A stretch of 64,000 nt of DNA from an uncultured Gammaproteobacteria bacterium (lineage in GTDB: Bacteria > Patescibacteriota > Patescibacteriia > Patescibacteriales > UBA12465): positions 56,598-120,597 of the forward strand of contig CAZFEF010000001.1 in assembly GCA_964517555.1 (NCBI GenBank), given 5' to 3'. Made by a program: the position numbers and the translations under genes. Of the stretch, positions 56,516-64,000 are shown in pieces (position 1 is the stretch's first letter; each line of letters begins with the position of its first letter). The notes beneath the pieces are model-generated. The model saw only the letters and a list, made by a program, of their open reading frames with translations. It was not told where the DNA came from and did no database searches.

Positions 56516-57250
56516 ATGGCGAATTTTGATCTTCAAGAGAAGATCCGGTCAGTGATTGACCTTATTAGACTAAAATTAGCTAACCTAGACGAGAATGATC
56601 TTAATAAAGACGAGATTTTCTTAGGTTTTGCCGCCGGAGATTTAACTGATTGTGGTCTTAGCCAATCTAATTTATATAAAGTCTTAAATTACTTAAAGAA
56701 AGCTGAAATTATAAAAAATATTGAAGTTAACGACACGGAAAAAATTGAAGCCCCGAACAATGATAATCCAGAACACTGGCGCCAATTATATAAAAAACTG
56801 TACCCCGCCATATATTATATAAAAATAGACAAGAATTTTAATGAGCTCTCCAAAATATATCTTAATAATCCAAAAAAATTGCTGTTAAACAATCCGGAAT
56901 TAAAAACTAGTATAAACAGTCTAACAATTGTTGCACCCAAACCCATCTCCCAATATTGTAGTTTTAAATTAATTATAAATTCAAATTATAATAAACCCAT
57001 AAAAGTTAGCCGAAAAACAAAATCTTGGAATTTTCTTTTTAACGTGGCAGAAAAAAAGCCGATGGAATCTGAGGCAAATAAAAGCTATTCCGATTATATA
57101 AACGGTAGCAGAAACTTAATAGTGCAAAAAGGATATCAACAAACCAAAATATTGGCGACTGAGAGTCGGTATGTTGTGCCGAATATTGAGATAAAAATAA
57201 TAACTGAAAAAGCTTACAAGATTCATCTTAATAAACAAGGCAAAGCTTAA
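56516..57250 (+). CDS. hypothetical protein (244 aa)
   Basis: ORF only. First gene of a + strand module that ends with the serine recombinase. Confidence 0.4.
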   Translation: MANFDLQEKIRSVIDLIRLKLANLDENDLNKDEIFLGFAAGDLTDCGLSQSNLYKVLNYLKKAEIIKNIEVNDTEKIEAPNNDNPEHWRQLYKKLYPAIYYIKIDKNFNELSKIYLNNPKKLLLNNPELKTSINSLTIVAPKPISQYCSFKLIINSNYNKPIKVSRKTKSWNFLFNVAEKKPMESEANKSYSDYINGSRNLIVQKGYQQTKILATESRYVVPNIEIKIITEKAYKIHLNKQGKA

Positions 57251-57416
57251 AAAAACTTAAAAAGTTGATAAGTATAATTAACCGCTAAATTAGCGGTTTT
57301 TTTATATGGAATTAATAAATTTTCAGCATTATTACAACTAGCATTCCTTGCAATAATAAAATGAGAAATTTCTTAAGGCCAATGCATTGGTAATCTAAAA
57401 AATTAAATTAAAATTT

Positions 57417-57692
57417 ATGATTATCAACAAATTCGAAACAAACCGAGACGAAAATCGGACAGAGCTTTTTATTACTCAAGATTTAAATTTAGCCACCTGT
57501 CTAATATCACTAGACTACGAACTGCGAAGTATAGACAAAACTAACCCGCAAAAAAATCAATTTTTATTTCAACGCTACCCAGGCCTTGAAATAGCTATTG
57601 AACATTATTGGAACGACAACTTAAAAATTAATGCCCGAACCCTTTTTGATAACCAGCGATTATTAAAAAACCGGATCTATGCGGCTGAATAA
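57417..57692 (+). CDS. hypothetical protein (91 aa)
   Basis: ORF only. Confidence 0.35.
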   Translation: MIINKFETNRDENRTELFITQDLNLATCLISLDYELRSIDKTNPQKNQFLFQRYPGLEIAIEHYWNDNLKINARTLFDNQRLLKNRIYAAE

Positions 57693-57851
57693 TATGATCA
57701 GCGAAGAGGAATTAATTAAGTTTCAAGAGTTGTATAAAAACCGCTTTAATAAAGAAATATCTCGCAACAAGGCTTTAGAGTCTGGACTAAAACTTATTAG
57801 TTTGCTCCAAGCAATTCTAAAACCAATTAATAAAAATAAAAATTAAATCAT

Positions 57852-60035
57852 ATGAACCAAGACTTAATTAGTATTAAAGATTACTTAAATCAAAAAGGTA
57901 TAAAATATACTGAGGCCAATGGTGAATTAATTACCGACTGTGTTTTCTGTGAAAAACCAAAGCACTTATACTTTAATGTTTCTACTAGCCAATACGACTG
58001 CAAGGTCTGTGGCCAACAAGGCAATATCATAACTTTAGCCAAACACTTTGGTGATGAAATAAAGAGTCTAAAGTCAGGATATCAAAACAAACCTGTAGTA
58101 AAAAAAGGGAGGGTTAAAATTGATTCTAGCTCAGTTGAAAGATATCACAATCAATTACCAGACCGAATCAGGAATTATCTTAACCAGAGAGGCATAACAG
58201 ATGATCTTATAAGCCAATACAAGCTCGGCTATGGCAAGTTTTATGGTAAACCCTGGATAATTATACCCATAAAAGATGAGTATGGAGAATATTCCTTCCT
58301 AAAATTAAGGAAAGACCCCTCGGATGAAACCAGTCCTGACAAATATAAATTCTATCCGATCGGAAGCGAGGCAGAACTATTTAATCAAGAAGCGCTCGAT
58401 AGTAATGATATGATTGTTATCTGCGAAGGAGAATTTGATTGTTTAATACTACAATCCTATGGCATCCCCGCAATTACTTCCACGGCCGGAGCTAACACTT
58501 TTAAAAAAGAATGGTTTGAAATTTTAAAACCGATCAAAAAAATATATATATGTTTTGACAGGGACGACGCCGGCGAAAGGGGGTCTCTAAAGTTAGTTGG
58601 GATGTTAGAAGAAAATATGATCGGTGAAGATGTCTATAAAATTGATTTGCCGAACAGAATGCTTGATGGCAAAGATATAACAGATTATTTTACTAAACAC
58701 GATGGTAATGTTGATGAATTTTTTAATTCAGCTGAGAGAGTTGGGGGCAGAGTTAAAATCGATACTTCAAAATTTTCTCCACTATCATCAACCGATCTCA
58801 CAGAGATTCTTGGCCTGACAATTAAAAAGGACGAGGAGAATAAATTAGTTACCTTCCTGTGCGAACTATGTGCCTATACTGAAAACTCTCAGTTTAATAT
58901 TAGCTTCAATGCCCCATCTTCAACTGGTAAAAGTTATATCCCGACTGAAATAGCGAGGCTATTCCCAGAAATTGACGTGAAGGAGATTGGCTACTGCTCC
59001 CCTACTGCATTTTTTCACGATGTTGGGGTCATAAATAAAGATAGGGGCGGATATGAAGTGGATTTATCGAGAAAAATAATGATATTTTTAGACCAACCAC
59101 ATATGATGCTTTTAGAAAGACTGAGGCCCCTTTTATCACACGATAAAAAAGAAATGACAATAAAAATAACCGACAAAGCTCAAAAGGGTGGACTCAAAAC
59201 TAAGACTATTTTTCTTAAAGGTTTCCCGGCAGTTATCTTTTGCAGCGCTGGATTAGTAATTGACGAACAAGAAGGAACTAGATTTCTACTTCTTTCTCCT
59301 GAGACCAATCAAGAAAAAATTCACGGCGGTATTTCAGAAAAAATTAATAAAGAGTGTGATAATCAAAAATACAAGGAGTGGCTAGAGGGAAACCCCGGGC
59401 GAATACTTTTACGTGAAAGAATACTGGCAATCAGGAATGAAATGGTTGACGATATTAAAATAAGTTCACCAGAAAGCATTAAAAAAATATTCTTGGACAA
59501 TAAAACACTCCTTAAGCCACGACATCAGCGAGATATCGGTCGATTAATATCAATAATAAAGGCCTTTGCCCTTCTTAATCTATGGTTTAGGGACCGAGAA
59601 GGCAACAATATAATAGCCAACGAAGATGATATAAAAGAGGCTATGAAAATATGGGGAAAAATTTCTGAAAGCCAAGAATATAATTTACCACCATACGTCT
59701 ATGATCTCTACAAAGAGGTAATTCTTCCTGCCTATCGAAATAAAAACACGGACGAACACGGGTTCCCAAATGGATTCGAGGAAGGGTTAACTAAACAAGA
59801 TATATTTAATTGGCACTTTAAGGTCTACGGTCGAAACCTGGAAGATTTTAAATTAAGGATGCACATAATTCCTATGCTGGAAACGGCCGGCCTGATATCT
59901 CAAGAACCAGATCAAAAAGATAAAAGAAGAATACTGACTTTTCCCACTGCCCCGCTCATCGCAGAGAGCCTGGATAATATAGTGAATGATACTGGGGAGG
60001 AAAATAACAACTCTCAAGTCCAAAAAACTAGCTAA
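57852..60035 (+). CDS. phage/plasmid-type DNA primase (Cys4 zinc ribbon + TOPRIM) fused to a P-loop NTPase domain
   Basis: CVFCEKPKH…CKVCGQ zinc ribbon. TOPRIM (ICEGEFD; CFDRDDAGERG). C-terminal Walker A (APSSTGKSY) and Walker B (MIFLDQ). Confidence 0.75.
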   Translation: MNQDLISIKDYLNQKGIKYTEANGELITDCVFCEKPKHLYFNVSTSQYDCKVCGQQGNIITLAKHFGDEIKSLKSGYQNKPVVKKGRVKIDSSSVERYHNQLPDRIRNYLNQRGITDDLISQYKLGYGKFYGKPWIIIPIKDEYGEYSFLKLRKDPSDETSPDKYKFYPIGSEAELFNQEALDSNDMIVICEGEFDCLILQSYGIPAITSTAGANTFKKEWFEILKPIKKIYICFDRDDAGERGSLKLVGMLEENMIGEDVYKIDLPNRMLDGKDITDYFTKHDGNVDEFFNSAERVGGRVKIDTSKFSPLSSTDLTEILGLTIKKDEENKLVTFLCELCAYTENSQFNISFNAPSSTGKSYIPTEIARLFPEIDVKEIGYCSPTAFFHDVGVINKDRGGYEVDLSRKIMIFLDQPHMMLLERLRPLLSHDKKEMTIKITDKAQKGGLKTKTIFLKGFPAVIFCSAGLVIDEQEGTRFLLLSPETNQEKIHGGISEKINKECDNQKYKEWLEGNPGRILLRERILAIRNEMVDDIKISSPESIKKIFLDNKTLLKPRHQRDIGRLISIIKAFALLNLWFRDREGNNIIANEDDIKEAMKIWGKISESQEYNLPPYVYDLYKEVILPAYRNKNTDEHGFPNGFEEGLTKQDIFNWHFKVYGRNLEDFKLRMHIIPMLETAGLISQEPDQKDKRRILTFPTAPLIAESLDNIVNDTGEENNNSQVQKTS

Positions 60036-60064
60036 TTATTTCGGTAGTTTTAAAGCAAAAATAT

Positions 60065-60658
60065 ATGATTAAAATGATTAAAACGATCAAAGAAGACTGT
60101 AAAGATTTCAGCGTCTACGACCTTAAACGTTGGGGACTTATACAATATGGATATTGCCGCGGGTCAATTCTGTGGCCCAAAGGCCAAAACCTCGAAGGAG
60201 ACAAGGTAAACTATGTCCTTGATCTAAAAAACCAATATTTAAAATTAAGCTATAAAGTCAAAAAAGAATTTTCAAGGGAATGGAAAATGATTGAATATAC
60301 GATTCCCCTAATCAAGACTGCTTGTCACTATGGCGATGAAAGATGGTGGTTCGCGTGCCCATTAAGTAGAAATGGCCAATATCGCACGCACAGAGTGGCT
60401 AAGTTATATTTACCTCCCAATTCTGACTATTTTGCTTGTCGCCATTGTCTAAATTTATCCTACAAAAGCAGAAACGAGAATTATAAAGGCAGATTTGGAC
60501 ATCTAAGAAGGTTTTTTGACCTTGAGAGGCGGGTTGAGAAACTTCGAAAAAGGGCAAAGATAAAATTCAGGGCCGGAAAGCCAACCCAAAAATACCGCAA
60601 ACTTCTAAATAAAAGCCGTTTACTGCGATATTCGGAGATTATTAACGGTGAACCCTGA
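60065..60658 (+). CDS. hypothetical Cys-rich protein (197 aa)
   Basis: CxxG…WWFACP…CRHC pattern suggests a zinc-binding protein. No assignment. Confidence 0.35.
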   Translation: MIKMIKTIKEDCKDFSVYDLKRWGLIQYGYCRGSILWPKGQNLEGDKVNYVLDLKNQYLKLSYKVKKEFSREWKMIEYTIPLIKTACHYGDERWWFACPLSRNGQYRTHRVAKLYLPPNSDYFACRHCLNLSYKSRNENYKGRFGHLRRFFDLERRVEKLRKRAKIKFRAGKPTQKYRKLLNKSRLLRYSEIINGEP

Positions 60659-60713
60659 AGAGAAAACTGAGCCAAAACACTTGAAAAAACTAGCAGATCT
60701 GATAATATATTAG

Positions 60714-60840
60714 TGCTTACCCAACTAAATAGTTAATACTCGAATTTTTTTAATATTTGCTCCTGAAAGGGATGGTTCTACCAGCAAATATAGCTTTCGA
60801 GTTATATTTAGTTGGGTAAGCTAGGACCATCCCTTTTAGT
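60714..60840. repeat. interleaved inverted repeats (A-B-A'-B') immediately upstream of the serine recombinase gene; candidate recombination site
   Basis: A is gcttacccaactaaatagttaatactcgaa (60714-60743). A' is ttcgagttatatttagttgggtaagc (60796-60821). B is ctgaaagggatggttctaccagc (60762-60784). B' is gctaggaccatcccttttag (60821-60840). Confidence 0.5.
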
Positions 60841-60858
60841 TACTAAAAATTAAATTAT

Positions 60859-62469
60859 ATGAACAAAAATGAACAAAAAATTGAGTATTTTATTTACGCT
60901 CGCAAGTCTTCGGAGAGCGAAGAGCGGCAAGTCCAATCGATAGATGACCAAGTAAACAGACTTAAACAACTGGCCAGTAGCTCTGGTCTAAAAATTAAAA
61001 AGATTTATACGGAGTCAAAAACAGCCAAGCAACCCGGCATTCGTCCTATCTTTGAAGAGATGATGAAAAAAATTGAAGCCGGAGAGGCTAATGGTATTTT
61101 ATGTTGGCAAATAAATCGGCTTTCTCGTAATCCAATCGATAGCGCCAGAATTCAATGGCTCTTGCAACAAGGAAAAATTAAAAATATTCAAACGTTTGAT
61201 AGAACTTATTTGCCAGACGACAACACTCTTTTATACAGCGTTGAAACCGGTATGGCCAATCAATTTATTTTAGATCTGAGCAAAAATGTTAAGAGAGGCG
61301 TTCAGAGTAAATTAGAAAAAGGTTGGCGACCAGGAAATGCTCCCGCTGGTTATAAAAATGAACTTTATGATCACACGATTGAGACTGACGCAGAGAGATT
61401 TAATCTGATCAAAAAAGCCTGGAGCTTACTACTGACCAATGAATATACGGTGCCGAAAATATTGGATAAATTAAATAATGATTGGGGTTTTAGAAGTTTG
61501 AAAAAAAGAAAAAGCGGTAACAAACCATTATCAACCAGTGGTTTATATAGAGTGTTCACTAATGTTTTTTATGCTGGAATTATTGAACATAAAGGCCAGC
61601 AATACCCCGGTAAACATAAGCCAATGATAACACTTGAGGAGTATGATAAAGCCCAGATACTACTAGGTCGAGCCGGAAAGCCTCGTTCTACAAAACATCA
61701 ATTCGCCTATACTGGATTAATAAAATGCGGTCACTGTGATTGCTTGATCACCGCAGAAACTAAAAACAAGATTATTAAAAGCACTAATGAAACCAGAAAA
61801 TATACTTATTACCGCTGCACGAGAAAAAAAACCGACATCAAGTGCAAACAACAACCAATAAGTCTGGGAGAACTAGAGCCGCAAATTATTAAGGAGTTAA
61901 ATGAGCTAACGATTCTCCCAGAGTTTAGAGACTGGGCGCTAAATAATATTAAAGCATCTAATGATGCTGAAATTGAGGATCGAACAAAAATTTATGAAAT
62001 GCAGCATCGCAGTATTGCTGAAAAACAAACCCAGTTAGATAACTTAACCAAAATGCGTTATCGCGGATTAATTAATGACGATGAATTTCTGAAAGAAAAA
62101 TCTGAATTACAAAATGAGATTATAAGATTAAGAGATAATCTTCGAGGCACAGAACAAAGAACTGACACCTGGATCGAGCTAACAGAAAGAGCCTTTAAGT
62201 TTGCTGCGACCGCCAAAGAAGCCTTCGAAAATGGTAGTCTGGAAACAAAAAGAGAAATAGTTAGAACTCTGGGGTCAAAGTTCACTTTATTGGATAAAAA
62301 GCTTTATTTTGAGCCAGAATGCTGGATTCAGAAGATGAAAGATGCTGCCAAAGAAATAAACACTGATTCCACAAGGTTAGAACTACAGAAAATCCTTGCA
62401 AACAAAGGAAAAACAGGCGATTTCTCGCCTGCTCTTCCACGATTGCACAGGCGAAGGGATTCGAACTAA
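60859..62469 (+). CDS. large serine recombinase (phage-integrase type)
   Basis: N-terminal resolvase domain (YARKSSESEERQVQSIDDQ with the catalytic Ser region), a recombinase domain, and a C-terminal zinc ribbon (CGHCDC…YYRC) and coiled coil. Confidence 0.85.
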   Translation: MNKNEQKIEYFIYARKSSESEERQVQSIDDQVNRLKQLASSSGLKIKKIYTESKTAKQPGIRPIFEEMMKKIEAGEANGILCWQINRLSRNPIDSARIQWLLQQGKIKNIQTFDRTYLPDDNTLLYSVETGMANQFILDLSKNVKRGVQSKLEKGWRPGNAPAGYKNELYDHTIETDAERFNLIKKAWSLLLTNEYTVPKILDKLNNDWGFRSLKKRKSGNKPLSTSGLYRVFTNVFYAGIIEHKGQQYPGKHKPMITLEEYDKAQILLGRAGKPRSTKHQFAYTGLIKCGHCDCLITAETKNKIIKSTNETRKYTYYRCTRKKTDIKCKQQPISLGELEPQIIKELNELTILPEFRDWALNNIKASNDAEIEDRTKIYEMQHRSIAEKQTQLDNLTKMRYRGLINDDEFLKEKSELQNEIIRLRDNLRGTEQRTDTWIELTERAFKFAATAKEAFENGSLETKREIVRTLGSKFTLLDKKLYFEPECWIQKMKDAAKEINTDSTRLELQKILANKGKTGDFSPALPRLHRRRDSN

Positions 62470-62532
62470 TTTAACCCAATAAAAATGGACTGTTTGCTAA
62501 AAATATAAAATTATAGCCAAAATTTCCGAACC
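62457..62532. repeat. direct repeat B (partner of 38722-38797)
   Basis: About 80% identity over about 76 bp. It contains a degenerate copy of the 3' end of the 38115..38747 membrane-protein gene. Confidence 0.55.
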
Positions 62533-62593
62533 GGTAATTTTTGGCTCATATTACAGAAAAGCAGACACTTTCGCGACTGCTTATCCTGATTTG

Positions 62594-62664
62594 CTCGGGG
62601 ACAAGGATTCGAACCTCGATTAACAGGGCCAGAACCTGTTGTCCTGCCATTAGACGATCCCCGA
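62594..62664 (-). tRNA. tRNA-Gln (anticodon CUG)
   Basis: Reverse complement: TCGGGGA-TC-GTCT-AATGGCA-GGAC-A-ACAGG-TTCTGGC-CCTGT-TAAT-CGAGG-TTCGAAT-CCTTG-TCCCCGA-G. This gives a 7-bp acceptor stem, D arm, anticodon arm with U33-CUG, TΨC loop TTCGAAT and G73 discriminator. CCA is not encoded. Confidence 0.8.
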
Positions 62665-62705
62665 ATATGTAATTATATTAACAGAATAAAGATAATTGTC
62701 AAAAA

Positions 62706-63998
62706 CTATTCTGATTTCGGTTTCATGAGCGGAAATATCTGACATTCTCTAGCTGGCTTGTTCATCAAAAAGCTAAAGACTCTCTCACTCATACCGAAAC
62801 CACAGGTTGGAGGCATGCCATATTCCAAAGCTTCAACAAAATCATGGTCGTGCATCTGAGCTTCTTCATCGCCAGCCTCTCTTAATTTTTGTTGTTCCAA
62901 GAAACGCTTCTCTTGATCCACTGGATCATTGAGCTCGCTATAGCCATTGCCCAATTCGGAGCCAGCGATGATCACCTGGAATCTTTGGGCTAATTCTGGA
63001 TTTTTAGTATCTCTTTTGGCTAGCGGTGAAACGGTAATTGGTACGCCCACCAGAAACCCCGGACCAGCGATTTGTTTGCGACAATATTTCCAGAGATTAT
63101 CGATCGCTCGGGTAATATTGAATCCGTTTTCATCATATTTGACTCCTAGTTCATCTAATTTAACCTTAATCTCATCAATATTGGCTTCTAAAATATCAAC
63201 TCCGGTATACTTTTTCACTGTCTGGCGATAGTCATATATTTCCCATTTCTGGCCAAGGTCAACGGAAAAATCTTTGATTTGGAACTGGAGAGTACCAAAA
63301 GCTTCCTGAGCAATATATTTGTACAGCTCCTCCACCAGTTTCATACCATCTTGATAGTCGGCATAGGCCCAATAGAATTCCATTTGGGTGTAATCCTGCA
63401 AATGTTCGGCATCCATGCCTTCGTTACGGAATTGGCGGCCAATCTCAAAGGTTTTAGGAAAACCAGCTACCATCAATTTCTTCTGCCACAATTCTCCCAT
63501 TGAAATTCGCAAATAGACACCCATATCTAGGGCGTTATGGAAAGTGACGAAAGGTTTGGCATCAGCTCCGCCGGTAGTAGTTTCTAAAACCGGGGTCTCG
63601 ACTTCTAAAAAGCCGCGATTCAACAAAAAACTACGAGTGGCGTTCCAAAAACGGGAGCGCTTCTCAATCATTTCATAGACCTCGGGGTTAAACATGATGT
63701 CCAAATATCTTTTGCGCAATCTTTCTTCTTCATCGGTTAAGCCATGCCATTTTTCCGGCAAGGGACGCAAGGACTTGGAAAGCAATTGCCAATCCTCAAC
63801 CATTAGGCTTGGCTCACCTTTGTGGGTATTGAAGCAATGGGCCTTGATGGCGATAAAATCCCCCGTATCAGCTAGTTTGACAAAGCGTTTATACAAATCA
63901 TCACCAATGTCTTTCTTGGATAGGGCTATCTGAAATAAATCTTTGCCATCTTGCAAGTGAGCGAAGGTCAAATTGCCGTGGGATCTAACATTCCGCAA
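62706..63998 (-). CDS. lysS: lysyl-tRNA synthetase (class II), N-terminus extends beyond the window
   Basis: Class IIb motifs (FRNEGMDAEHLQDYTQMEFYWAY; GMPPTCGFGMSERVF). The ORF is open to the window edge, so the start is not in this window. Confidence 0.8.
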   Translation of the reverse strand: MRNVRSHGNLTFAHLQDGKDLFQIALSKKDIGDDLYKRFVKLADTGDFIAIKAHCFNTHKGEPSLMVEDWQLLSKSLRPLPEKWHGLTDEEERLRKRYLDIMFNPEVYEMIEKRSRFWNATRSFLLNRGFLEVETPVLETTTGGADAKPFVTFHNALDMGVYLRISMGELWQKKLMVAGFPKTFEIGRQFRNEGMDAEHLQDYTQMEFYWAYADYQDGMKLVEELYKYIAQEAFGTLQFQIKDFSVDLGQKWEIYDYRQTVKKYTGVDILEANIDEIKVKLDELGVKYDENGFNITRAIDNLWKYCRKQIAGPGFLVGVPITVSPLAKRDTKNPELAQRFQVIIAGSELGNGYSELNDPVDQEKRFLEQQKLREAGDEEAQMHDHDFVEALEYGMPPTCGFGMSERVFSFLMNKPARECQIFPLMKPKSE

Positions 63999-64000
63999 TC

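Larger units (their letters stand above)
38798..62532. mobile_element. putative ~23.7-kb integrated genomic island (defence, DGR, replication and integration modules)
   Basis: Bounded by diverged direct repeats A and B. Its right end carries a large serine recombinase followed by tRNA-Gln. Contents: type I R-M, a GmrSD-like enzyme, a RecB-like nuclease, a DGR, a phage-type primase. Generally more AT-rich than the flanks. Confidence 0.45.

Noticed and set aside
1-64000. CRISPR arrays and rRNA genes
   Set aside because: No regularly spaced short direct repeats and no rRNA-like conserved segments were seen anywhere in the window.

Overview
This is a low-GC bacterial window of about 64 kb, gene-dense, with mostly short intergenic regions. 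The gene content is consistent with a small-genome, CPR/Patescibacteria-like organism, but that is a guess from gene content only.

Backbone, about 1-38.7 kb. Ordinary housekeeping genes: ftsQ-like, xerC/D, an M23 peptidase, gltX, corA, a GT4 glycosyltransferase, pyrG, ctpA, metG, rsmI, a secE-nusG-rplK-rplA operon, uppP and an H+-pyrophosphatase. The only compositionally odd part is a GC-rich two-gene insert at 9.2-11.2 kb encoding Bacteroidetes-style lipoproteins. Many intergenic regions carry near-consensus TTGACA-17-TATAAT promoters and hairpin-plus-T-run terminators.

Accessory block, about 38.8-62.5 kb. This stretch looks like an integrated accessory island. It is bounded by a diverged ~76-bp direct repeat covering the 3' end of a membrane-protein gene, and it sits next to a large serine recombinase and a tRNA-Gln(CUG). 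It contains:
- A diversity-generating retroelement (DGR) with a textbook template/variable repeat pair (18 adenine-specific substitutions; template-repeat positions are AAC codons), an Avd-like four-helix-bundle gene, and an RT gene that appears to have lost its catalytic half.
- A type I R-M operon, hsdM-hsdS-hsdR.
- A GmrSD-like DUF262/DUF1524 enzyme next to a RecB/Cas4-like nuclease.
- An ADP-ribosylglycohydrolase.
- A phage-type primase fused to a P-loop NTPase.
- An intricate interleaved inverted-repeat site just upstream of the recombinase.

No rRNA genes or CRISPR arrays were seen.
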